A stretch of DNA of 38,638 bases from Macrostomum lignano. Its lineage: Eukaryota. The notes below the pieces were generated by a model. It saw only the letters and a list, made by a program, of their open reading frames with translations. It did no database searches and was not told the DNA's origin. Positions 19,995 through 30,789 of the stretch are shown here, piece by piece (within the stretch, counting starts at the first letter, position 1; each line of letters starts with the position of its first letter). The DNA lies in assembly GCA_002269645.1 (NCBI GenBank), contig NIVC01003118.1:1-38638 (forward strand). Reading direction: 5' to 3'. The position numbers and the translations under genes were made by a program.

Positions 19995-20459
19995 ATCGGC
20001 AACGCCAGTTCTGGCGCTCCGCCGGACAGACTCGTCCCCGGCCAGGCCCACCGGAGTCCAACCCGGCCCGGGCGGATGCCGAAACGGCCGCTGTCCGAAA
20101 TTCACGTCCACAGTCTGGTCGCGGAGGCACACCACGGGATAATAAGTGGTGGAGTCGCCGCGGGCGGCAGGCGGCAGGGCATAGGCCTGGCCAAACGATT
20201 TGCCGTTCTTGGCGAACGCGATCGCCCCGGCGCCGAAGTCCAGGTAGCAGCCGATCACGTCGCCTCCGCTGTACGGCTCACCGTACACGTCAATCTGATC
20301 GCTGTGCATCTTCTTGCCCTGGCTGCCGGCCAGACCGAAGCCGTCCGGATCCGCGCCGTACGCCCAGCCCTGGCTGTCCCGGCCGGCGTCCAAGCTGCCC
20401 GACTCGGTGGCCCAGCCGACTCGGGCGAGGGCGGCCGGCTGCGACTCCAGCGGCTCCGC
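19995..20459 (-). CDS. Exon encoding most of SPRY domain 2 (DDX1-type)
   Basis: ARVGWAT…LDAGRD…GKKMH…YGEPY…DVIGCYLDF…FAKNGK..GQAY.LPP…YPVVCL….VNFG…F..PP; ctccag acceptor, gtgagc donor; 465 nt, phase 0-0. Confidence 0.92.
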
Positions 20460-20487
20460 CTGGAGTTGGAGCGGTCAAAATCAATTA

Positions 20488-21590
20488 ATCTACTCTACTC
20501 GGAGCCTATCTACCCTACTCGGAGCCTATCTACCCTACTCGGAGCCTATCTACTCTACTCGGAGCCTATCTACCCTACTCGGAGCCTATCTACCCTACTC
20601 GGAGCCTATCTACTCTACTCGGAGCCTATCTACTCTACTCGGAGCCTATCTACCCTACTCGGAGCCTATCTACCCTACTCGGAGCCTATCTACCCTACTC
20701 GGAGCCTATCTACCCTACTCGGAGCCTATCTACCCTACTCGGAGCCTATCTACTCTACTCGGAGCCTATCTACTCTACTCGGAGCCTATCTACCCTACTC
20801 GGAGCCTATCTACCCTACTCGGAGCCTATCTACTCTACTCGGAGCCTATCTACTCTACTCGGAGCCTAGCTACTCTACTCGGAGCCTATCTACTCTACTC
20901 GGAGCCTATCTACTCTACTCGGAGCCTATCTACTCTACTCGGAGCCATCTACTCTACTCGGAGCCTATCTACTCTACTCGGAGCCTAGCTACTCTACTCG
21001 GAGCCTAGCTACTCTACTCGGAGCCTAGCTACTCTACTCGGAGCCTATCTACCCTACTCTGAGCCTATCTACTCTACTCGGAGCCTATCTACCCTACTCG
21101 GAGCCTATCTACTCTACTCGGAGCCTATCTACTCTACTCGGAGCCATCTACCCTATTCGGAGCCTAGCTACCCTACTCCGAGCCTATCTACTCTACTCGG
21201 AGCCATCTACCCTACTCGGAGTCTAGCTACTCTACTCGGAACAATCTACCCTACTCGGAGCCTATCTACTCTACTCGGAGCCTATCTACTCTACTCGGAG
21301 CCTATCTACTCTACTCGGAGCCATCTACCCTACTCGGAGCCTAGCTACTCTACTCGGAGCCTAGCTACCCTACTCGGAGCCTATCTACTCTACTCGGAGC
21401 CTATCTACTCTACTCTGAGCCTATCTACCTTACTGGGAGCCTATCTAACCTACTGTGAGCCTATCTAACCTACTGTGAGCCTATCTAACCTACTGTGAGC
21501 CTATCTAACCTACTGTGAGCCTATCTACCCTACTGTGGGCCTATCTAACCTACTGTGAGGCTATCTACCCTACTCAGATTTATTTATCCT
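20488..21590. repeat. 20-bp minisatellite (CTCGGAGCCTATCTACYCTA)n
   Basis: About 55 copies. Confidence 0.97.
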
Positions 21591-21651
21591 ACTCTAGGCC
21601 TCTCTAACGGCACAGTTTTGAGACAGAAAATGCACACAAACATGTACGAAC

Positions 21652-21976
21652 CTCGTAATAGAAGCGGCCAGGCCCGCCGGCCACCGCTCGGACGCCTTTG
21701 GCGGCGCGGACGCCCTGCCAGCCGAAGCCGAGACGGCCCTGCGCCGAAGCTCCGTCAGGGCCAAGCGCCAGGCCCGGGCCAGTTACGTCGTGATGATTTA
21801 GGCGCCAGGCGCGCGGATTATCGGTGCGTTGGTTAACGGGCGCCAGGCCGGCCGGGCGCCACGGGCCGCCGGGCAGGTGGCGCAGCGGCTGCGCCGGATC
21901 GTCGCCGAAGTTCCAGCGAAGATTGGCGCCGTTTCTAGCGCAGCCGGCCGGGAAGAAGGTCTCGGCGCGGAGATCC
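21652..21976 (-). CDS. Exon finishing SPRY1 (FFPAGCARNGANLRWNFG) and starting SPRY2 (WRLNHHD…LGPDG…WQGVRAAKGV…RFYYE)
   Basis: Missed by the ORF track. cctgcag acceptor phase 2, gttcgt donor phase 0; 325 nt, open and in phase with both neighbours. Confidence 0.9.
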
Positions 21977-22129
21977 CTGCAGGTGGGCGGGGGTTGCAGG
22001 TGTACACGTGTAGCTTGCTTAGTCCGTCAATTCTGATCTCCTCATAATACTATCCATCCGCTCTTACTCAAAATCTATCCAATTATTATCGTGTCTCCAT
22101 AAAATTTCATCAAGTTTTAAAACTCCATC

Positions 22130-22545
22130 TCACCCTAATCTTATGCTATCTCACTCAATCTCATCTTCATTTCTCGCACCAATCTTATCTTATCTCACAT
22201 CAATCTCATCCTATCTCACATTAATCTCATCCTATCTCACACTAATCTCATCCTATCTCACACCAATCTCATCCTATCTCACACCAATCTCATCCTATCT
22301 CACACCAATCTCATCCTATTTCACACCAATCTCATCTTATGTCACCCCAGACTTATCTTATCTCACATCAGTCTCATACTATCTCACCCCATTTCACGTA
22401 TCTCATCTCAATATCATCCAATCTCACCCCAATCTTACCCTATCTCACAAATGTCGCTCTTATCTCACCCTATCTCGTATAAAATCACTCAATCTCACCG
22501 CATCTCACCTCAATCTAATAAAAATCTCCCCTAGCCATCTATTCA
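22130..22545. repeat. Degenerate 21-bp minisatellite (ATCTCACACCAATCTCATCCT)n
   Basis: Clear core 22200-22340 with diverged flanks. Confidence 0.85.
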
Positions 22546-23049
22546 ACACAAACACCGCTGAAACTGTACAGCAGGGCTGACAGAGCACTTTATCAACAAT
22601 TGTTAAACAAACAGTTTATTAGCTACTTGGCAAATTTCAGTCCCGTTATATCAATACTCGATCGACTATATTAGGCCAGACAAAGAATAATTATAAGCAT
22701 CCTATAAATAGTTAAAGCCAGACAGAAAAGCCGTTATTTTATTGAAAAAAACTGCAAAAACTATAGAAACTGCATATGCATAAATCATACTGCACTGCCG
22801 GGCATGCACTTCCTGTCGCTTTGATCTGAAAGGCATATCATTATTATTGTTTCTGTTGTCTTTTTGGGCTCCAATTTATACAAACTCTGGCAATAAATTT
22901 TTATTAGGTCAGAGCAGCGATTCAAAATGCAAACACCAATTCATAATAGGATTATTAAAATTTATTGCCCCGCTTATTATAATATAGTTGGTGCGCTGGG
23001 GTCATAGAAAGTGTCATTAGCTAGACTAGCAGGTAAATAAATAAGGACA

Positions 23050-24192
23050 CGTAAGCAGGCGGCAGATAAGCAGGCAGGTAGATGAGCAGGCGAGTAGATA
23101 AGCAGGCGGGTAGATAAGCAGGCAGGTAGATAAGCAGGCAGGTAGATAAGCAGGCAGGTAGATAAGCAGGCAGTAGAAAACAGGGTAGATAAGCAGGTAG
23201 ATAAGCAGGCAGGTAGATAAGCAGGCGAGTAGATAAGCAGGCGGTAGATAGCAGGCAGGTAGATAAGCAGGCAAGTAGATAAGCAGGTAGATAAGCAGGC
23301 GGGTAGATAAGCAGGCGGGTAGATAAGCAGGCAGGTAGATAAGCAGGCAGGTAGATAAGCAGGCAGGTAGATAAGCAGGCGGGTAGATAAGCAGGCAGGT
23401 AGATAAGCAGGCAGGTAGATAAGCAGGCGAGTAGATAGCAGGCAGGTAGATAAGCAGGCAAGTAGAAAACAGGGTAGATAAGCAGGTAGATAAGCAGGCG
23501 GGTAGATAAGCAGAAAGGTAGATAAGCAGGCGGGTAGATAAGCAGGAAGGTAGATAAGCAGGCGGGTAGATAAGCAGGTAGATAAGCAGGCGGTAGATAA
23601 GCAGACAGGTAGATAAGCAGACAGGTAGATAAGCAGACAGGTAGATAAGCAGGCGGTAGATAAGCAGGTAGATAAGCAGGCGGATAGATAAGCAGGAAGG
23701 TAGATAAGCAGGCAGGTAGATAAGCAGATAGGTAGATAAGCAGGTAGATAAGCAGGCGGTAGATAAGCAGGTAGATAAGCAGGCGGGTAGATAAGCAGGT
23801 AGATAAGAAGGCGGGTAGATAAGCAGGCAGGTAGATAAGCAGGCGGTAGATAAGCAGGCAGGTAGATAAGCAGGTAGATAAGCAGGCGGGTAGATAAGCA
23901 GGCGGGTAGATAAGCAGGCAGTTAGATAAGCAGTCAGGTAGATAAGCAGATAGGTAGATAAGCAGGTAGATAAGCAGGCGGGTAGATAAGCAGGTAGATA
24001 AGCAGGAGGGTAGATAAGCAGGCGGGTAGATAAGCAGGCGGGTAGATAAGCAGGTAGATAAGCAGGCGGGTAGATAAGCAGGTAGATAAGCAGGCAGGTA
24101 GATGAGCAGGCGGGTAGATAAGCAGGAAGGTAGATAAGCAGGCGGGTAGATAAGCAGGAAGGTAGATAAGCAGGCGGGTAGATAAGCAGGCA
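23050..24192. repeat. 12/16-bp satellite (GGTAGATAAGCA[GGCR])n
   Basis: About 70 copies. Confidence 0.96.
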
Positions 24193-24217
24193 TATAGATG
24201 AGCAGTGCGGAACTCAC

Positions 24218-24928
24218 CTATTCAGGCTGTAAGCCTGGCCCTGCTCGGCGCCATTCACAGAGAACAGCGCCAGGCCGCTGTCCAGGTCCAGAGCGGCTCC
24301 GACAACGTCGCCCGGCCGCAGGCGGCAGCCGTAGTCTTCAACCTGGCCGGCCAAGCACTTGGTGGCCTGTCGGCCGTCCGGCCCGGCCCCAAACCCGAAT
24401 CCGTGTCCGTCGGCGGCTCCGAGCCGAAGTCCAGCCGACGCCGTCGCCCAGCCGATGCGAGCATCGACGTCGGCGTCCCGGTTGGCACCGTCGGGCACGT
24501 CGACAACGACCTCGAAGTACCACTGGCCGCCGTTTCTGACGCCGGAGTCGGCCCGAACGCCGAGCCAGTCGCCGCCCGGACAGGCGGCGGTCAGCAGCGG
24601 CGGTCGGCGAGTCTCGTCGCCATCGACTGTTTGGTCGGCGATCGCCACCGAGGCGCCGGCGCCGTCAACGTCGGCGTCCAGCGGCGTTAGGCACCACCGG
24701 CGCGGCCTGACCGACTCCAGTTCGATGCGGCGATCGAACTGTTCTCGAGCTGGCAGAGTGGAGTGCTGGTGCTGCTGGTGCTGATAGTCCTGAGGTGTGC
24801 TCTGCGCCGGGTAGTAGCGGGAGGCCGTGGCCGCCGCGCTGCCGGTGCCGTTGAGACCGGGGCCGCCCAGCTGCGGCTCGTAAGTGCTGAATGCGTCTTC
24901 TGAGCGGTGCGGGAATGGGGTGCCGGAC
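24218..24928 (-). CDS. Exon encoding linker and most of SPRY domain 1 (DDX1/hnRNP-U type)
   Basis: W.GVRA..GV..GQWYFEV, RIGWAT, GFGFG, YG..L.PGDVVG..LDL..G...FSVNG motifs; gtcag acceptor (phase 2), gtgagt donor (phase 2); high GC3. Confidence 0.9.
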
Positions 24929-24932
24929 CTGA

Positions 24933-25438
24933 CACAGACTCTGACTAGCTCAGTACAGACTCTGACTAGCTCAGTACAAACTCTGACCAACTCAGTACAG
25001 ACTCTGACTAGCTCAGTACAGACTCTGACTAGCTCAGTACAGACTCTGACCAACTCAGTACAGACTCTGACCACCTCAGTACAGATTCTGACCAGCTCAG
25101 TACAGACTCTGACTAGCTCAGTACAGACTCTGACTAGCTCAGTACAGACTCTGACCAACTCAGTACAGACTCTGACCAACTCAGTACAGACTCTGACCAA
25201 CTCAGTACAGACTCTGACCAACTCAGTACAGACTCTGACTAGCTCAGTACAGACTCTGACTAGCTCAGTACAGACTCTGACCAACAGACTCTGACCAGCT
25301 CAGTACAGACTCTGACTAGCTCAGACTCTGACAGACTCTGACAACTCATTACTCTGACTAGCTAGTACAGACTCTGACCAGCTCTGACTAGTAGTACAGA
25401 CTCTGACCAACTCAGTACTCTGACCAGCTCAGTACAGA
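24933..25438. repeat. 21-bp minisatellite (CAGACTCTGACYARCTCAGTA)n abutting coding sequence at both ends
   Basis: About 17 regular copies, then a degenerate stretch at 25285-25420. Confidence 0.96.
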
Positions 25439-25593
25439 GAAAGCTCTTGCGCATCCCGGGAGTGATGAGTGCCTCGGGCAGCGGCCCCAGAGTCTGGTCA
25501 TTCATCTGGCCCCTAGTGGGCCCGGTGTAGTTCCAATTGCGTTTGAATGTTCCCGGAATTAGCGGCTTAGCTGGCTTCTCTGGCGACTTGAGC
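25408..25593 (-). CDS. EPB41: FERM-adjacent (FA)-like exon (RLKSPEKPAKPLIPGTFKRNWNYTGPTRGQM…)
   Basis: Phase-2 acceptor ttggcag continues FFR|L. NWNYTGPT resembles the FA motif KFRYSGRT. The 3' end runs into the 21-bp minisatellite; the donor TG|gtcaga at 25407 is inferred from phase only. Confidence 0.7.
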
Positions 25594-25957
25594 CTGCCAA
25601 AAATAGTACGGAGTGGTAGATGCCTGCGTTTATACATTCAGCTATACATACGAAATTTGATACTGGCTAAATCTATGCTAAATCAAGATGCTATTAATAA
25701 AAGTGCACGCTCCTGATGCTTAAATTCCATGTTAAAAATCCTTATTTAAAGTCAATGCTCAATCAGGAAGCTACTACTTAAACTCTACTTAGTAAAAATA
25801 TAGCATTATCAAAAGTCTATGTTTTATTCAAATGCTATTATTAGAAACTAGCAATCAGCGTCCCCGTTTAGGAGGAATAAACTAAATTTAGCTTCTGACT
25901 TCAGCCTTAACATTTCAGCGATTCCCCAATAAATCTTTAATTTTTGCAATGACGCCT

Positions 25958-26690
25958 TTGTTTGACATGAGGCTTCTTCTATGTTTGACATGAGGCTTCT
26001 TCTATGTTTGACATGAGGCTTTTATGTTTGACATGAGGCTTCTTTATGTTTGACATGAGGCTTCTTTATGTTTGACATGAGGCTTTTCTATGTTTGACAT
26101 GAGGCTTCTTTTATGTTTGACATGAGGCTTCTTTTATGTTTGACATGAGGCTTCTTCTATGTTTGACATGAGGCTTCTTCTATGTTTGACATGAGGCTTC
26201 TTCTATGTTTGACATGAGGCTTTTATGTTTGACATGAGGCTTCTTCTATGTTTGACATGAGGCTTCTTCTATGTTTGACATGAGGCTTCTTCTATGTTTG
26301 ACATGAGGCTTTTATGTTTGACATGAGGCTTCTTTTATGTTTGACATGAGGCTTCTTCTATGTTTGACATGAGGCTTTTATGTTTGACATGAGGCTTCTT
26401 CTATGTTTGACATGAGGCTTCTTTTATGTTTGACATGAGGCTTCTTCTATGTTTGACATGAGGCTTCTTTTATGTTTGACATGAGGCTTCTTCTATGTTT
26501 GACATGAGGCTTCTTCTATGTTTGACATGAGGCTTTTATGTTTGACATGAGGCTTCTTTTATGTTTGACATGAGGCTGTTTGACATGAGGCTTTTATGTT
26601 TGACATGAGGCTTCTTCTATGTTTGACATGAGGCTTCTTTTATGTTTGATATGAGGCTTCTTTTGTGTTTGATATGACACTTTTATGTTT
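25958..26690. repeat. 20/23-bp minisatellite (ATGTTTGACATGAGGCTT[CTT]CT)n
   Basis: About 33 copies. Confidence 0.96.
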
Positions 26691-26699
26691 TACGTGACC

Positions 26700-27160
26700 T
26701 AACCCTTACCTAAACCCAAACCTGAACCTAAAACCTAAACCCAAACTAAACCCAAACCTGAACCTAAAACCTAAACCCAAACTAAACCCAAACCTGAACC
26801 TAAAACCTAAACCCAAACTAAACCCAAACCTGAACCTAAAACCTAAACCCAAACTAAACCCAAACCTGAACCTAAAACCTAAACCCAAACTTAAACCCAA
26901 ACCTAAACCCAAACTTAAACACAAGCCTAAACCTAAAACTTAAACCCAACCTAAACCTAAAATCTAAACCAAAACCTAAACCCAAACCTAAACCCAAACC
27001 TAAACCCAAACCTAAACCCAAATCTAAACCCAAACCTAAACCCAAATCTAAACCCAAACCTAAACCCAAACCTAAACCCAAACCTAAACCCAAACCTAAA
27101 CCCAACCATAAACCCAAATCTTAACCCAAACCTAAACCCAAACCCAGACCCAAACCCTAA
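26700..27160. repeat. Telomere-like hexamer tract (AAACCC/AAACCT)n with a 36-bp higher-order repeat x5
   Basis: CCTGAA marker at 26721, 26757, 26793, 26829, 26865. Confidence 0.93.
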
Positions 27161-27208
27161 CCTAGCCGGCAGTCAATTGCCGAGCTGTCACTAATAAACC
27201 AGGCGCAC

Positions 27209-27630
27209 CTGAAGAATCCGTGATGCTCCACCACGGCCCGCCACAGCCGCTTCGCCAGTTTAGACGAAGCGCATCGAAATTCCACCACCCGTTCACCGCG
27301 CCAGTCGGAATCGGCCGGTCGCAGGGCGATCCTCAGCGAGCTGCGCTTGTAGGACACCCGCATGATCTTCGGCCAGGAGAACCGGTTGATCCGCAAGCTG
27401 TTGCGGTACACCAGCACGCCGCCGTGGTACACGCCGACGTAGATCTCATCTCCGCGACTGTCGCGAGCTTCGTGCATGTCAACGCCGTACATTGCCAGCT
27501 TCTTGGCGTTCTGCAGAAAATGCTGATCAGCCTCTTCGGGCGTCATGCCGCTGTGCGATCGGTGCAAATCAATCACCCGCTCTTGGAGGTCGCGGTGTGC
27601 GCGGAACTCCTCCGGGCAGAATGGACAGTC
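27209..27630 (-). CDS. EPB41: 4.1-family exon, FERM F2/F3 (…VIDLHRSHSGMTPEEADQHFLQNAKKLAMYGVD…RINRFSWPKIMRVSYKR…AKRLWRAVVEHHGFFR)
   Basis: Nearly motif-for-motif match to protein 4.1 FERM-C; phase 0 acceptor, phase 2 donor gtgcgc. Confidence 0.95.
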
Positions 27631-27727
27631 CTGACGGTGGGGCGGGGCAGGATTTAAGGTTGCTCATTGATCCCGCCCGACTTAAACAGTTGGACTTTTG
27701 CTGTTGATATTGCTGCTGTTTGAGTAT

Positions 27728-29975
27728 TGGGATGCTTCAGTGCCGGAGTGTTCAGATGCTTCAGTGCCGGAGTGTTCAGATACCTCAGTGCCTGAGTGTT
27801 CAGATACTTCAGTGCCTGAGTGTTTAGATACTTCAGTGCCTGAGTGTTCAGATACTTCAGTGCCTGAGTGTTCAGATACTTCAGTGCCTGAGTGTTCAGA
27901 TACTTCAGTGCCTGAGTGCTCAGATACTTCAGTGCCTGAGGGTTCACATACTTCAGTGCCTGAGTGTTCAGATACTTCAGTGCCTGAGTGTTCAGATACT
28001 TCAGTGCCTGAGTGTTCAGATACTTCAGTGCCTGAGTGTTCAGATACTTCAGTGCCTGAGTGTTCAGAAACTTCAGTGCCTGAGTGTTCAGATAATTCAG
28101 TGCTTGAGGTTCAGATACTTCAGTGCCTGAGTGTTCAGATACTTCAGTGCCTGAGTGTTCAGATACTTCAGTGCCTGAGTGTTCAGATACTTCAGTGCCT
28201 GAGTGTTCAGATACTTCAGTGCCTGAGTGTTCAGATACTTCAGTGCCTGAGTGTTCAGAAACTTCAGTGCCTGAGTGTTCAGATAATTCAGTGCTTGAGG
28301 GTTCAGATACTTCAGTGCCTGAGTGTTCAGATACTTCAGTGCCTGAGTGTTCAGATACTTCAGTGCCTGAGTGTTCAGATACTTCAGTGCCTGAGTGTTC
28401 AGATACCTCAGTGCCTGAGTGTTCAGATACCTCAGTGCCTGAGTGTTCAGATACTTCAGTGCCTGAGTGTTCAGATACTTCAGTGCCTGAGTGTTCAGAT
28501 ACTTCAGTGCCTGAGTGTTCAGATACTTCAGTGCCTGAGTGTTCAGATACTTCAGTGCCTGAGTGTTCAGAAACTTCAGTGCCTGAGTGTTCAGATAATT
28601 CAGTGCTTGAGGGTTCAGATACTTCAGTGCCTGAGTGTTCAGATACTTCAGTGCCTGAGTGTTCAGATACTTCAGTGCCTGAGTGTTCAGATACTTCAGT
28701 GCCTGAGTGTTCAGATACCTCAGTGCCTGAGTGTTCAGATACCTCAGTGCCTGAGTGTTCAGATACTTCAGTGCCTGAGTGTTCAGACACTTCAGTGCCT
28801 GAGTGCTCAGATACTTCAGTGCCTAAGGGTTCAGATACCTCAGTGCCTGAGGGTTCAGATACTTCAGTGCTTGAGGGTTCAGATACTTCAGTGCCTGAGT
28901 GTTCAGATACTTCAGTGCCTGAGGGTTCAGAAACTTCAGTGCCTGAGTGTTCAGAAACTTCAGTGCCTGAGTGTTCAGATACTTCAGTGCCTGAGTGTTC
29001 AGATACCTCAGTGCCTGAGTGTTCAGATACTTCAGTGCCTGAGTGTTCAGATACTTCAGCGCCTGAGTGTTCAGATACCTCAGTGCCTGAGTGTTCAGAT
29101 ACTTCAGTGCCTGAGTGTTCAGATACTTCAGTGCCTGAGTGTTCAGATACCTCAGTGCCTGAGTGTTCAGATACTTCAGTGCCTGAGTGTTCAGATACCT
29201 CAGTGCCTGAGTGTTCAGATACCTCAGTGCCTGAGTGTTCAGATACCTCAGTGCCTGAGTGTTCAGATACTTCAGTGCCTGAGTGTTCAGATACTTCAGT
29301 GCCTGAGTGTTCAGATACTTCAGTGCCTGAGTGTTCAGATACTTCAGTGCCTGAGTGTTCAGATACTTCAGTGCCTGAGTGTTCAGATACTTCAGTGCCT
29401 GAGGGTTCAGATACTTCAGTGCCTGAGTGTTCAGATACTTCAGTGCCTGAGTGTTCAGATACTTCAGTGCCTGAGTGTTCAGATACTTCAGTGCCTGAGT
29501 TTTCAGATACTTCAGTGCCTGATGGTTCAGATACTTCAGTGCCTGAGTGTTCAGATACTTCAGTGCCTGATGGTTCAGATACTTCAGTGCCTGAGTGTTC
29601 AGATACTTCAGTGCCTGAGGGTTCAGATACCTCAGTGCCTGAGTGTTCAGATACTTCAGTGCCTGAATGCTCAGATACTTCAGTGCCTGAGGGTTCAGAT
29701 ACTTCAGTGCCTGAGTGTTCAGATACTTCAGTGCCTGAGAGTTCAGATACTTCAGTGCCTGAGTGTTCAGAAACTTCAGTGCCTGAGTGTTCAGATGCTT
29801 CAGTGCCTGAGTGTTCAGATACTTCAGTGCCTGAGTGTTCAGATACCTCAGTGCCTGAGGGTTCAGATACCTCAGTGCCTGAGTGTTCAGATACCTCAGT
29901 GCCTGAGGGTTCAGATACCTCAGTGCCTGAGTGTTCAGATACCTCAGTGCCTGAGGGTTCAGATACCTCAGTGCC
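27728..29975. repeat. 24-bp minisatellite (TCAGTGCCTGAGTGTTCAGATACT)n, ~93 copies
   Basis: Source of the 388-789 aa pseudo-ORFs in the track. Confidence 0.98.
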
Positions 29976-30789
29976 TTGTCCATTCCCAAGTGTCAGGCGG
30001 CGTGTCCAGTGCCCAGCATTCATTCAGTTCCGAAATGTTCGCACAATCCAGCTTAGACATTTAAAAAAAGTTCCTCAAATATTAAGCTGACAAATTCCTA
30101 GCTAAAGTAATAGGAATAAGAAGGCCAGAGTTGTAGGGGGGGATTTTCTTCCCTTGCATGCCAGGCCAGACAAGGCAGCAGTGGATGGCGGGCGGCAGCT
30201 GGTTTACATGGCCCAGACAGAGACGGGCATGGGTGATTTGAATCCACCGCTGCTCTGCTCCCCTCATCAACCAGCCCTGATCTGGAGAGGATTATCTAAG
30301 CTTGAAAAATCCAAGCCTACAGTTTATAGGCAATTAAAATGACAACAGAGCTGCTCATTCGTCACTTTCTTATCTGCAATTCATCCCTCAACAGTCCATA
30401 AAAAAGGTCCTCATAAATTTTCTATAAAAGTACAGATCGTACTCTGAAATAAAGTCACGTGACTTGCTGGCTCTCCTACTCGGGCGGGCACAGGCAACCA
30501 ATCATAACTAATCAAGATTAATGAAGTCAATTAAATTTTCTCTTGTCTGTTTCGAGTCTCAGCTCAAGTATTCTTTTATAAGAAAAAGCATAGAAAGCAT
30601 CACCATATGCCCGTGAGCTGAGTTCAGTACTCAATATCAACTTGATTTGTATAACTGCTTGCTTTAAAAAGGTATAGTATTTCTAGCTCGTAGAGCAATT
30701 GCAGAATCGTTATTATCTTCATTATCGTTTGCAAAAGAATCAAAATTTGTTTCCTCTTAAGATCATCTTTTAATTTTCATTTCCTTCCC

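Noticed and set aside
20076-24784. Plus-strand GC-rich ORFs (20076-21008, 24198-24690, 24359-24784, 21555-22047; likewise 1862-2648 and 27220-27707)
   Set aside because: Antisense shadows of GC-rich minus-strand exons; no recognisable motifs.
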